This document shows, piece by piece, positions 1 to 14,654 of a DNA stretch of 64,000 nucleotides (positions within the stretch are counted from its first letter, which is position 1; the number at the start of each line of letters is the position of its first letter). A model generated the notes under the pieces. The model searched no databases. It was not told the DNA's origin and saw nothing but the letters and a program-made list of their open reading frames with translations. A program made the translations under genes and the position numbers. Source of the stretch: the human T2T-CHM13v2.0 reference genome, Homo sapiens; the NCBI RefSeq assembly GCF_009914755.1, contig NC_060940.1; one strand, written 5' to 3'.

Positions 1-720
1 TATTTAACTCATTTGGATTAGGTTAGAATGAATTGGACTGAATTGGTTTGGATGGGGGAAATTGACCCAAATAAAATAAAAGGTATAAATCAGAACACTA
101 AAGAAAAAAAAATAGAGAAGCACTCAGAAAAAGAATGAAATGAATTGAACCCAGAAAGTTACAAGAAGAGAGTGATCAACTCTGAATTGTTTTTCCTATA
201 CCTGTTCAGAGTTTCTTGGTATCACAAGGAACAAACCAAAGAGGGCTGCTGCCTCTAACAGTAAGGCCACACACTAACAGTAAGGCCAAAATCTTAGATC
301 ATCTTCTCCAACTGTTGCAACTTTGACTAAAAAACTAAATCAGCATTTCTTAAAGTAGCTAGTTTTGAAAGACATAGGATGAATTGTTCTCTAGGGCCTG
401 TTTAAGAATTTGGAGAAAATATAAGGCAATTTAAAAAGCAATAAGCCATTTTACTCAGCAGTCTGGCCATCTCAAAAGGCATCCTGCTCCAGCTTTCAAC
501 TCTGTCTCCTGCATCTTTGATTTCCATCACTAAGAAATAACATTGTAACGTTTCTCTCCAAATGAATATGTTACTAGCAGTGTCCATAGTGAGAAAAGAA
601 CAAATCAGAAAATACATTTCAGCTTCTTTGTATCCTTCCTGATGGTAGATTAGTTTAATTTGCACAACTAAAACAGTTTAACTTTAAGAATTTAACACTT
701 GAAACTATGCAATGAGTTTA

Positions 721-1065
<345 letters not shown>

Positions 1066-1899
1066 TTACAAGTAATTTGTATTTTACATTTAACTTGATT
1101 TTTATTATCTGACTATAATAATATTTCTGTTACAATACTCCCCATTTGCAGTTAAATATTGATTCATAACTTTTAATTTGTAATATAGATGTGAATTTAT
1201 AGAAATCAAAAATAATTTCAGATTTCTATAGAAATGTAAAAGTGTATTTAAGATCTTTAGGAATCTGTTTTACTTTCCCATCAAGGGTAAGACCAAACAA
1301 TGTTTAAATAAAATATCTAAGATGTATCTATTAAACATTATAAGTATTTCGGCTAACAGAAAAAAATATAGATTGTAATGTTAAACAAAAACAAACAGGA
1401 TAATGAATTGAACACACAGAAAGACTTGCATCCTTTCTCATTACATTAAAATAAAAGTGAAGATATTTTTAGACATTGAAACACAGGAGCTTAGAGGATG
1501 GAAAAAGGAAGAACAACAACCATATTTCAGAGGCTGGGAAACAGAAAGAGTGTTCATGAACTTGGCATCCTTGAGAAGCTGAATAAGACAGCACTGGGGA
1601 AAATGGAGAAAAATGGAATTTAGACACAGAATGCCCACATTGCCAGAAAATGAACGTGAAAGGATGGGGGTAAAAGTAGGAATATGAGTTGAAACTCTCA
1701 AGAAGGAGATAGATATGCAGATTCTTGCCACATCCTCGCAAAAACACTAACACTTTATATTTCCTGAGAAGAATGGGAAACGATACAAGGAGAGTACAAT
1801 TTAAAATCAAAACACTCATGGTTATCCTTAGAGAGTCGAGAAAACAGTAGAGCCGGGAAACAAGGATGGTATGAAAAAGGAAACACATATGGAAGGTCC

Positions 1900-2460
1900 C
1901 CGAAAATACTTAGGAAAAACTCAATAGAAAATTTAGAAATTTAGCTGAGGACATCTTTCAGAAATTAGAACACTTCAATGAGGAAATATTGAAAAACATC
2001 AGAAAATTAGAAGAGTTCAAGAGGCCTAACATGTGATCAGAAGTGCCAGAGATAGAGAATTTGTGTATAAACACAAGAAAATTCCCTAGAACTGAAGGAT
2101 ATGTATTGCCAGATGAAGTGGATAATGAGAATACAGGCTCAGACCAAGACATATTATTGATAGGGTGGGCAGGGGTGGGAGGGGTTGGCAGGTGATGGAG
2201 GGGAGGAAGAAATAACCTACAGACTCCAAGAAGAGCAAAGCAAATAACAAAAACTGGTCACGTCCAAAGGTTCCAGTGTAGTTAATAACAATACTAGAAG
2301 CTAAAAGCAACAAAACGATGCCTTCAAAATTATTAGGTAAAATAAATTCCTAACTTAGTGTTATGCCCAGGTTACTACCAGTGAATGTACAAGGTAGAAT
2401 GAAGGCACTTTTAGTCTATAGAATTTCAAAAATTATACTTTCTAAATACCTTTTTCAGAA
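1900..2460 (+). mobile_element. Ancient L1 (L1M-type) ORF1-region remnant
   Basis: A-rich; resembles L1 ORF1 text (AGAGGCCTAACATGTGATCAGAAGTGCCAGA, AAATTCCCTAGAACTGAAGGA, GATGCCTTCAAAATT); boundaries approximate. Confidence 0.6.
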
Positions 2461-2485
2461 GTTTAGTAAGGTCTATTCTAGAGTT

Positions 2486-2600
2486 TGAAGATAACCAGCT
2501 TGCCTGGGTTTGCCCACAACTTTTGAAGTTTTAGCACTGAAAATCTTGCATCTCTGAAAAACACTCAGTCCCAGACAAATTAGGACAAAGAGTCACCCTA
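2486..2600. mobile_element. MER81 (hAT-Blackjack MITE)
   Basis: ~115 bp matching recalled MER81 consensus (GGTTTGCCC...TTTTAGCACTGAAA...CTCAGTCCC...GTCACCCTA). Confidence 0.75.
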
Positions 2601-2699
2601 CTCTGGAGTTACCATTAAGAAGATTAAAAATAAGCCTTAAAAGGATTCAATTTATTCCCAGGTAGTCTAACTGTCCACCTTAAAGTCTAGCACTTCTTA

Positions 2700-3150
2700 A
2701 GGAAAAAAAAAAAGCACTGAAAAATTAAAATCTCATAATGTCCATTGGCTAATAAAATATACTAGAAATAAACAGAAAAATGGGATCCATATTGGGCGGA
2801 AAATCAGTCAACAAAATACCATAAATGACGAAGATGATAGAATTGTCTAAGGCAATTAAAACACCATTTATAACTATTCGACAGGCTGAGAATTTAAAGA
2901 AAAAGATAATAAAAAAGAGAAATGGGTAAGCAGGAACCAAGCAGGACTTTCAGAGATGAAAAATGCCAGATCTGAAATGAACAGTTCACTCAATGAGTTT
3001 AATGACAGATAAACAGAGCCCGATAATCACACCTTATGAGAAATTAATCTGATGGCAGGGAAATCTGGGTTGCCCAAGCTTCAGACCTGTTCTTGCCATA
3101 AGACACTGACGAGATCAGTGAACTTGAAGCCATGCAACAAAAGCTACCCA
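2700..3150 (+). mobile_element. Ancient L1 ORF1-region remnant interrupted by a ~90-bp templated insert (3013-3102)
   Basis: TTCAGAGATGAAAAAT...TCTGAAATGAA...TTCACT...AATGACAGAT [insert] AGACACTG...GAGATCAGTGAACTTGAAG follows L1 ORF1 consensus. Confidence 0.7.
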
Positions 3151-3151
3151 A

Positions 3152-3505
3152 AGTCTTAAAGAGTTCTAGCAGCTTTACCTTTTGGGAGCCCAGAAACATC
3201 ATTTAGAAGTCAATATATTCTGCTGGAGAGTTCACTTGGAGAAACCACGTAGAGATGCTACCTGGAGGGGAAACGCTGGGATACTATATATAGACGGTGA
3301 AAGGCCCAGTTGTCCCAGCACCTCCATCAACCCTCTGGATGAGTATAGCCTCAGTTGCCAGGTGACAAGAGCTACATGGGACATCCCAGGCCAGAGCTGC
3401 AGAAGAACTGCCCTGTTGAGCCCAATCAACCCATTAAACTAAATGAGATAACAAAATAGGTATTAAGTCATTTTTAAAAGTGGAAAAGTGTAGATTAACA
3501 GAAAT
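3152..3505 (+). mobile_element. MaLR LTR fragment (MLT1F/G/H-like)
   Basis: CAGAAGAACTGCCCTGTTGAGCCCAATCAACCCA and 3' TAGATTAACAGAAA resemble the MLT1 3' part. Confidence 0.6.
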
Positions 3506-3846
3506 GTTCTGACTTTTTCGAGACATGATAAAACAGAGAGCTATGGCTTATAACTATTTGTTATTGAAATATGTGGCCTTACTTTTTAGATCACTCTCAA
3601 CTCAATAGATCCTGTGTTACTACTGAAGTTAACTCATTCTACTACCCCCAACCTTTCCTCTGCAGTAACCTTCCAGTTTTTGAATAACCAAAAACCTTCT
3701 TCCAGTGTTTCCACTACCTCCAGAAACAGTGTGTGTTGGCCTAAGAGGGAAGAGAGAAAAAATAATACTGTTTCATGACTGGGGAGCAAGAAGAGTAAAC
3801 CTTGAGGTTTGAGACATATAGAGTGCTCCTAACACTCTAACTCCTA

Positions 3847-4130
<284 letters not shown>

Positions 4131-4904
4131 TCAGTATAGAATGAAAACCTGTAATACAGCATCAAAATATTTCAGTTATATTCTGAGTTACATTGGTTTC
4201 TGGAGGCCTAACCACCATTTTTAGCATGTTTTCACTGGAAAATGTGTTTCGCATTAATCTATTAATGATCCTTCCTACCAAGGAAGCTCACATTTGTAAC
4301 ATCAAAAAGCCTAGTCATTCATCAGCCAGATTGCAAAAGTTCACTCCTACAGATAACAAGTTTTTCATAAATCAGAGTTAAATAAGACTGATAAAGATGG
4401 CTCATAATTCTTCCACGTCTCTCCCTCCTGAGTACCTCCTCATTACTGCTGTTTTAATACATGGCTGTTGCTTTTCCCACTCATAGCTTATCTCCTTGTC
4501 TAGGTTATAAGCACAGTGATGGCCAAGGACCATGACTCACACTCCTCCACAAGCTTTTAGACAGTGTCTGACCCTTCATAGCCTCTCCCTACACTCAGAG
4601 TTTAATTTCTGTTTGGATTCATTTCACCCACTTATATCATAGGATGGTAGTGGTATAAAACCAGAGTTCCTTGTGGTTTTCCCTCAAAGTGCTCAGGTAC
4701 ACATGTCATAGACCTAAGGTAGCTCACTTTTGAGTGGGCTGACATGCACTGCAGTCTTAATAAAAGCAAGAAAATCTGGGGTGCTTAAACTGCAGACCTG
4801 TTCTTGACATAAGCCAGGATAGCTGGAGCCACTTTGGACCCACATTGCTGAGACAAGATCAGAGTCACTTCATGATCCAGAGCAGCATTAAAACCAAATG
4901 AACC

Positions 4905-5210
4905 GGCCAGGAGTGATGGCTCACGCCTGTAATCCCAGCACTTTGGGAGGCCCAGGTGGGCGGATTGCTTGAGGTCAGGAGCTGGAGACGAGCCTGGCCA
5001 ATAAGGTGAAACCCTGTCTCTACTAAAAATACAAAAAATTAGCCGGGCATTGTGGCACATGCCTATAGTCCTAGCTACTCAGGAGGCTGAGGCAGGAGAA
5101 ACACTTGAACCCGGGAGCAGAGGTTGCAGTGAGCCAAGATCTCACCACTGCACTCCAGCCTTGGGCGACAGAGCAAGACTCCATCTCAATAAACAAACAA
5201 ACAAACAAAC
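4905..5210 (+). mobile_element. Alu SINE (AluSx/Sz-type), (AAAC)n tail
   Basis: GGCCAGG...CTCACGCCTGTAATCCCAGC dimer; tail converted to AAAC repeats. Confidence 0.95.
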
Positions 5211-6819
5211 CATAGCAGAAAGTAATGTTAAATTTGAAAACTCAAGCAATTAGCTGGCATTTTCTAGGAGATATCCAAAGTAAGGGGTGAATAGGAATTA
5301 CTGTGATCTTCTAGGGCAGGCTCGGGGTCTTCTGAGTTTCAAGAATCCAAGGTTAGGGGGAGAGAGCCGAGTATGCAAAGAGAGTTTGAGTCAATTGTTG
5401 CAACTGGGACAGGAAAAGCCTTTAAGAATCGGGATATCTGGGAAGCTCATTGGGAATCCTTGGACACTGTCAATGAGACTGGCTTTGGGCAAAACTTGTT
5501 TCACATTTCTCCAGGGGCATAGTGAGGGAAACAGAGACAGCTCCATATTTTCCAGCTTTATGTGTCCTCACATCTTTAATTTTTAGTGTTCAGCAAGTCT
5601 CACTCATCTGAGCTTTTTGATTGCCTCATCTGCTTTCCATCCTGTTTGTTTTATTTTATCCATTGGATGCTTGGCACTAGTTTTTGCTTCACACTAATCG
5701 CAGTTGCCATCTATTGACTGAATATGATGCTGTGGAGAAGGTGAGAAAGAGTGATCTAGCAGGAACATTAGAGGGTGAAGATGCCAAGAACAGCAGAGGA
5801 CACGGAGCCTGATAATCGCACCTTCTGAGAAGCTAATCTGATGGCAACTGAAGAGACCTATAAACTTATAGCATTCTGATTCTTTAAGAGAATGCCCTAT
5901 CTTAGAAATCCAATATTTAAAAAATCAAAATATGTGCTTTATAGCATGAACCTTTCACTGAATAAAAAGATAAGGGCCCTGTGAACATGTGAAAGCAAGG
6001 CTAGAATAGAGGTGCATGCCAATAATTAAAAGTAAGAACAGTGGAACCTTTGTAAATGGTGTTCTGGATTTGAAGTGGTGGTGAAATGACCCCAATGTCT
6101 ACCCAATGAGTGGGCAAAAGGCAGGTTATGGCACAGGGTGCTCTCTGACTTGTGTTTATAAATTTCGTAAAAATACATTGGACGGAGAGTTACAATGATG
6201 AAGCACTAACGTGATTATTTATGTCTGAGTTGGGAACATTTGTGGAAATGTATGAATGTTCTATACACACCCAGGAAGTTGCTGAGAATAGAACTGAAAT
6301 CTCAAGTCTTGAGTACTGTGGGGAAAAAAGCATTACTGGAAGTTGAATTGCTCCTAGAAGTTATCATATCTGGAGTATATATTTTTTCACTCAGAAAAAT
6401 CTCTGTGTGAGAGACACTGACTCTCAAAGAGCACTGCAACAAAAATGATGGCCCCTTTTCAAAATGTATTCTACTACGTTTTATTCATCCTTCACCACCG
6501 CTCCTGTTCTCTCTCCCGTCCATGTATGAATTTACTGAGATGGAAATGTCAAATGGATTAGAGGTGTCTCCAGGTCACTTGGAAGACAAAGAGGGGCTCA
6601 GACTACTGCTGGAAGGGGAGCTAAAATAATCGCAAATCACCCAGAAAGCACAGGAGCAATGTTGCAACCAAAGCACACACTTCTTCAGGAGTAAGGGACA
6701 GGAAGAGGTGAATTCCAGCTGATGCGGCGGGGAGAGCCTTGAGCACTTTCCTGGAGGCTTGACCACTGGTGGGGGTATCAATGGGTGGGCTTAAGCACCT
6801 AGAAATACTAATCACTAAT

Positions 6820-7030
6820 TTATGAGTGGTTGAAGAAACTAGAGATAGTCTATCTGAGGAAGAGAAAAATCAATGGAAAACATTAGAGTTGTCTTCAACA
6901 TCTGAAGGATTACCAAGTTGAAGAGGATGAACATTTGTTTTGAGCTCCTCCAGAGGAAAAAACCAGGATGCACCAAGGGAAAAATTCAAGGAGACAAAAC
7001 TGAGCACCAGGGAATAAGTTTATTTCTAAC
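6820..7030 (+). mobile_element. L3/CR1 LINE 3' ORF2 remnant
   Basis: Degenerate match to the CR1 C-terminal motif ([40 protein letters not shown]). Confidence 0.6.
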
Positions 7031-8513
7031 CCTTTAAAATTGATTACAATTTTGTTAAAAAGTCAATCTTTTCCTTCAAAAGTCAACATAGAGCAAAGGG
7101 ACCAATATAAAATAAAAAGTATTTCCTCCAAATAGTCACCTTCATCCAGAGAATTCCTGGAAAACATAAATGTTGAATGTATTTTTATGAACATGTTAAT
7201 TATAAATGTTAAAGACAAATATCCCTTTAAAATGTAGATGTATGCTTTGTGGTAGTCCCCCCACCCCGCAAATCCCTCCTTCCCTGTCTGCCCCACAATA
7301 AGCAAGTGAGTCTTATAAAAGAGGAACTCAGCCAAAGTTATTTGCATGAGCTTGATCAATTATGAGCTCCCACAACAGAATAATAAGAGGAAAATGGAAT
7401 TCAGATGAGTAACAAATATGCCATCCACTACTTTGATGACAAATTCAGTTTAACTATATTAAGCAACATGAAAGAGCTCAAAGACAGAATCTGACAACAC
7501 ATTTTGATGTCTTTGCTGGCAGATTCTTCAGAACTCCCTAAAGACCTATTTTTCCATAACCAGGTTAAGCATCATCGACAGGTGTATTTCATAAGTATAG
7601 TAAAGGCATTGAGATTTACAAAAAAAAAAAAAAAAAAACACAGTGGATCTTATTCGTTATGTCGCAATGGAGCTATGCTATATTCCAAGGGCAGACACTC
7701 ACTCCAGTCTTTTAAAACAAAGGGACAGACTCATTCATCCAACTAATCAATATGAATTCCCTGGTCCAGAAAAGGAATATAAATCAGCAGCTGTTCCATG
7801 GTCAGTTTTCTCATCTACCCCTCCTCCTAGCTACAAGAAGGTAGAAAGTGGGGCATGTGTCAGCAGGAAAATGACTCGGGCTTTTATATTGACAAGCATT
7901 GCCATTGGGCCGCAAATTCCCCATGGCAGCTGTGCTCAGATCAATGCTGCTGAAGGTAAGGAAGAGGAGTTTGTTGGGTTTGGGTATTTATTACATTCTG
8001 TACTTTGCTGTACTGCAGAAGATGTTATTGTTTGTTAGGGAATGTGGAAGAAAAGAAAAATCATGCCCAGTTTGCCCCGTCCATCTAGCAAGATGCACAT
8101 GCCTTTAAAGGAATTATGTGGCCTCCACCTTGTTCTAACAGTTTCAAGTTGACCCATAACTACATTATTTGATGAACACCAAAAAGGTATTAGACACCAT
8201 CCTAAGCTGCTGCTCTCTTCCCCATTATAACATTTCCCGGTCCATCAGAGTCAGTAAATGACTTCTTGACTTTGTTACGGCAACTTTGCCTGCCAAAGAG
8301 CAGAGCTTAGTTTAACACTCTGTTTCCCTCCCCCTTCCTTCCTCTTCATGTACACATTCTCATACAACCCATATCCTCAGGAGCCTGTCTTCCTCAGTCC
8401 TAGCACTGACCCATAGAATATATTCAAGTGTTTTTTTTTCCTTTTGTCTAGCTCACCAGTCCATGAGCTTTCTAAATACAAGAACAGATTTCCTTTACCC
8501 TTTTGATGGACCC

Positions 8514-8895
8514 TGTGATGTGTTGTCCAGATCATCCTGCAAGGGAAGATCCATTCTCCCAGCAGATGGGAGTGCTTTCAACCTTTAGGGGTTGCCTAAG
8601 CTGCAGCGCTGCCTCATGCCAGGTCATACCCTTGCCTGGGGTGGCCTATGTCAAATGGATGATGGATGCAGGAGTTTGAAGTCCTAATCTTCCAGGATGA
8701 CTCAGGACAGTTCTGAATGACTATTCTAGCCCCAGACCTCTCCATGCATTCAGGCAAGGCATATGGGGTCTGAACTGTAGCTCAACTTCCCGAACTCCAA
8801 ATTTTTCCCTCCCTTCAACATGCGTTGTCCTAAGTTCACTCCTTATTAAGGCTCCTGCTTACTAAACTCTTAGCATCTGCTTTCCAAAGAAAGCA
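8514..8895 (+). mobile_element. ERVL solo LTR, LTR16-family-like
   Basis: CCAGATC near the start, CCTTTAGGGGTTGCCTAAGCT, 3' CTCTTAGCATCTGCTTTCC resemble LTR16. Confidence 0.6.
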
Positions 8896-8931
8896 GGGCC
8901 ACCCCTGTATTCATCCCATTGAAGTCTCTAG

Positions 8932-9125
8932 CCAGTGGTGTGCTGGAAAATGGCAAGAAGCAGCTCCAGGCAGGAAAGCCCTGATCTATAGTATTTGCCA
9001 TAGTTCTGTGGCATAAATGCACCCACTGTGCCTAATATCAAGCTACTGATGGTTTATTAATCAGCTTACAAAATTCCTAAAAATTCAACTACTGTTTCTC
9101 TCAAATTAACCATCTCTAGCACCTG
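8932..9125 (-). mobile_element. MER63A-like hAT-Blackjack MITE
   Basis: Terminus CCAGTGGTGTGCTGG; internal AAAGCCCTGAT...CAAGCTAC...CAAAATTCCTAAAAATT is the reverse complement of MER63. Confidence 0.7.
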
Positions 9126-9173
9126 TGTCCAATCTATGGTATTGCCATATTTTTGCAAAATTTAAGAACAATT

Positions 9174-9262
9174 ATGTGCCAAGTTCTTCAAACTTAGTGT
9201 TTCATTTAATTCTCATGGCAACCTTGGGAAGTTATATTTCCAATTTTACAGATGAGGAAATG
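9174..9262 (-). mobile_element. MIR fragment
   Basis: TCATTTAATTCTCA...ATTTTACAGATGAGGAAA MIR core. Confidence 0.7.
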
Positions 9263-9551
9263 CTATTTCCAAAATGAAGAAATAAAGTAAGATGCCTCAG
9301 CAGCCTTCCTCACACTGCCAGGACTGGACAAAGATATAAAGTTTTGATGTTAGGATTTATTTACCAATTCATCCATGTATTAATTCAAATAATCATGACT
9401 GCTCATCTTATGAGCTGAGCCTTGAAAGATAACTAGGATTTAACCCAGCTGATAATGGTGGCAAGTGTTCCAAAGCCATGGTAGTAAGAGACTAGTGGGG
9501 GTTAAAAACAACAACAACAAAAAAAAAAAAAAAAAAAAAAAACAACCTCTG

Positions 9552-9892
<341 letters not shown>

Positions 9893-10573
9893 TTAAGACT
9901 AAACTATGTGATACAGATGGGGAACTGAAGGAAGCTGAGCCCAGCAAGAGAGACAATAGCCAGGCCCAGACCCCTGCCTTCCCACTATAAGTTTATTGTC
10001 TTGAATCAACAACTAACCATTGAATTATGTTGAATTAACCATTAAACTTATATATAAGTATGCAGATGGTTGATCATGCTGCTGCTGTTATTTCAAGGGT
10101 ACTGGAAATGCGTATGACTTGAAATAATGTCCTCATAATGCTAAAAATTTTAACATTAAGGAAGAAAGAGCAAAATGACATGAACACACTTGATGCAATG
10201 CATGATTTTAACTCATGTCAGTGGATCATCCAATCGACTTGGTAAATGTTAACCACCATTTCTAAATAATATACAATATCAGAATGCACCAAATAATTAA
10301 ACATTAATGTTTTATGAAGCTTTTATTTCATGTATGTTTGCACACAAGCACATTCACATGTATGCATTCACAGATGGTGAAATGTGCAAAGAAGCATCAG
10401 GACACTGGCCATAGCATGACCATATTTTGGTTTTCATCTCCTTAATTATGCTGTGACCCAGGTTAAAAACCTATCTGTGTGCTTACTCAGCGTCCTCATC
10501 AGCTTTAGCTTAAAAAAATTGTTTTCAAGATTAAAGAAAAATCATACAGTGCCTGGTACTGAGTGAGTAATTA

Positions 10574-10650
10574 TTAGGCTGGTGCAAAAGTAATTGCAGT
10601 TTTTGCCTTTTTAATCACAAAACCCCATAATAACTTTTGCACCAACCTAA
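10574..10650. mobile_element. MADE1 (Hsmar1 mariner MITE) inserted in a MIR
   Basis: TTAGGCTGGTGCAAAAGT...ACTTTTGCACCAACCTAA inverted termini with TA on each side. Confidence 0.92.
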
Positions 10651-10727
10651 TACTTGGTAAATGGTGATGAAATTTTGAGGGAATCATCTATTATGTAAGA
10701 AGAATTGCCTTTTATGTTTCAAAATTC

Positions 10728-10946
10728 ATTTTTCAATTTTTATTTGTATAAATTTAGGGGGGTACAAATGCAGTTTTGACACAAGGCTGTATTGTGTGGT
10801 GGTGAAGTCTGGGATTTTATTATACCCATTCCCTGAATAGCAGAAATTGTACCCATTAAATACTTTCTCATCCCTACCCCTGTCCCACCCATCCAAGTAT
10901 TCAAAGTCTATTTTTCCACACTATGTCCTTCTCTACACATTATTTA
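10728..10946 (-). mobile_element. L1 3' end (L1PB/L1MA-type)
   Basis: TTTAGGGGGGTACAAATGCAGTTTTG...GGTGGTGAAGTCTGGG...TTGTACCCATTAA. Confidence 0.8.
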
Positions 10947-11017
10947 TTAGCACATAAAGACAGTGCTGAAATTCACTTCCTATTAAGTAGCTAGTACTAA
11001 CAGAAAAACTAACACTA

Positions 11018-11330
<313 letters not shown>

Positions 11331-12203
11331 CTAACACTAACCTAATTCTGTAATTCTGTCATGGTCTTAATAACCACTTTAGAGATTAAAATGAGTATTT
11401 TTCTTCTGCAAACTGGTAAACTTAAGGGTTTGTCATCAAATACATAAAATGTTTATCAACACTGAAGACTAAGTAAATGAATGAGTAAAAATGAACCAAT
11501 TCCAAGCACCTCTTGGTTATAGACAGACAAAAGACCAAGCAATTTGCAAAGAGGTGATTTTTGGGAAAGGACAACTGAGGGTACAAGTCATGGAAACTGG
11601 ACACTTAGGCACTGTTTGATAAAGTAATTGCTTGGGAAACTTCTACCCAAGTATCTTGGGAAGTGGAAGGAAAGTTGATTTGTGGGGAAAGGTCTAAACG
11701 TGGGCACTCAAAAGGGTTAGGCTGAGAAGAGAGAATATTATGACAAATGGCACCCAGAGGCCTTCTTACTGAGGTCTGGAGACATCGTTATGTTGACATG
11801 AAGGCAGTTCAGTCCAGTTACCGCCGTAATGAAGGGTGTTGCCCGCAGGCACTCATTCAAGGAGTCACATACCCCATCTAACTGGCCTCTTTCCAGCTTA
11901 TTCTAAGTTTGCTCCTCCTCACCACCTCCTCTCAGCTGTCCTTCTTTTAACAAATTTAGAAGAAACCTTCGATTTCTACCTTCACGATTAGAGAGAAAAA
12001 CTACAAAAGGTGCAGATATCCTCAGTGTAGGTTTAGGGAAAGTTTTCGATGATGGGTGTTTCCAAGTACTGAGAACTTTGTATCACAATAAGGGGTTTAA
12101 AAATTCTGAACTTCAAAGTTGTGACTTTTTGGAAACCATCACTGGTTGTCCTATAGTTGACAGTCAAGTCAAATCCAACCTCAATCAGAGGGAGAAAGAA
12201 TGA

Positions 12204-12527
<324 letters not shown>

Positions 12528-12566
12528 CCAAAGAATGTTTTTATAGAGAAATTTAAAAAATGTTTA

Positions 12567-12809
<243 letters not shown>

Positions 12810-13674
12810 TCAGAAAATATTGTGAAATGTAGAAAACTTTGAAATAAAAGAGGAAAGAAATGCATAATAGGCACGCAATCTCTCTGACAATAAATTAAGG
12901 GAACGTTATGTGTAAAACTTGGTGAAGTTTGCTTTGAAGGAAAATAGACGTCAGAAAAAAAAATTTAGGTATTTTCTCATTCCTTAATTGCCACAGGTCC
13001 AACTTTCTTAAAGGAAATTTTTATAGGAATTTTTTACAGCAAAATGACAGAACAAGATATACTCATCTAGGAACTGACCCCATGTAGCATTTTTCAATAC
13101 AAATTGAAACACTTTGGTGATGGATCAGTTTACCAGGGAAGAATTAAATAATCCTTGCCCTGAAATGTATTATCTGGGATCTCACGGGGAGAGCATTACA
13201 TGTGGGGGCAGCTCTAATTACAAGAAATAATTGCAGGTGAACACAAGGCAGTTCCCCACCTTAGATGATAAATTATACTGAGAGGCAAGGACACCATATG
13301 TGAAATGCTAATGCTTTCATCACTATGACATTGCAAGGAAATCTCACACCCAAAAGTAAAACCCAAGGAAAAGCACATTTGACAAATACTGCTAATGGGA
13401 ACCAGTTATTCCATTTGCAATTTGCAATGGATTCTTACTCAGTAAATATATACCATAGATTTAGTACCTACAGATATATTTATTTACTAATAGTAAAAGT
13501 CTCTAAGATCAAAGAGTGAATCAATTGCAATGGGATAGCCTAGGAAAAGCATCTTTGCTAAATGCTATATAACTTGAGGGCATATTCCAGATCTGAACAT
13601 GACTGGCAAAATCCATAACTATAATTCCTTGTGACTCATGAATATTGATTGCTGGTAATTTCTAATTTCATTAG

Positions 13675-13845
13675 CATTTAAACCACCTTGAAATTACCTG
13701 GGGAGCTTTAAAAGTACTGATGCTAGGTTCCACCCTCTAAGATTATGATTTAATTTTAATTAGTCAGGGTAGTGGCCTGGGAATCAAGATTTTTTAAAGT
13801 TGTCCAGGTCATTTTAATGAACAACGAGGGTTTGAGAACCACTGC
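13675..13845. mobile_element. MER5-family hAT-Charlie MITE
   Basis: AATTACCTGGGGAGCTTTAAAA...TTGAGAACCACTG terminus. Confidence 0.8.
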
Positions 13846-14654
13846 TTTATGGGCACAGGAGACCTCATCTTCTCCCTTAAAATCTCACTGATTTGGTTAA
13901 CACGATGTTGTGGCTTTTCCTCACTCATTCACTTCTTTGCAATTATTTCTGTAAGACTGCAAGACTTATAATCACTCCCAGTTACCAAGCAGTGTGTGAG
14001 ACCTGGGGAGATCAGCGCTGTACAGTTCTGGGAAAGGCTCGCTTAGTATTTCCTCCCTGTAAAGTCACAATCTGCCAAATGCCACTTTCCTCAAGGTCCC
14101 CATTACTGTGCAAAACTTCCCACAGATTGTCAGGATATTCTCCAGGCCCTGGTACACAATATAACACAGAGCTCTTTGAAAAGTCTTTGAGTGCAGGAGG
14201 CAGGCTGGTATTTAAATATCCAGAACAAATATCATGACATTTCTCAATCCCCCTCATTAGCCTCCAGACCTATTTGAAGACATAGCCTACATTTCACTGT
14301 AGTTTTCCTCTCTTCATTTTGACCAATCCCCAGTTAACTCTTGTTTCTCAGCTTCTTATTTCTCTTTATTCTTGCCTCCTATTGTATGAGTGAATATGTC
14401 TCCTTATTCTCCAGTTTCAAGAGGAATTCTGCTTCTATGAGTTTATAGAAATGAACATATATTTACATAATATTGTATATGTAAGGATGCTCACATGCAA
14501 GCAACATTGTTGACCCTAGCAAATAATTTGAAGACACCTGTCTCTCAATAAGATAACGGTTCATAAATCTATGGTATCTTCATCCTATGCATTATTAATA
14601 ATACTAAAAGGAAGGAAGTACTTCTGTTTATACCAACATGGAAAATCTCTAATA

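Noticed and set aside
1-150. GAATT/GGATT pentamer periodicity suggestive of satellite II/III
   Set aside because: Short and highly degenerate; a decayed simple repeat, not a satellite array.
4700-4890. Possible L3/CR1 remnant (similar weak signal at ~63760-63900)
   Set aside because: Similarity too degenerate to call by eye; needs a Dfam HMM search.
7643-8038. 131-aa ORF in unique sequence
   Set aside because: Non-ATG start, no recognisable domain, length within chance expectation.
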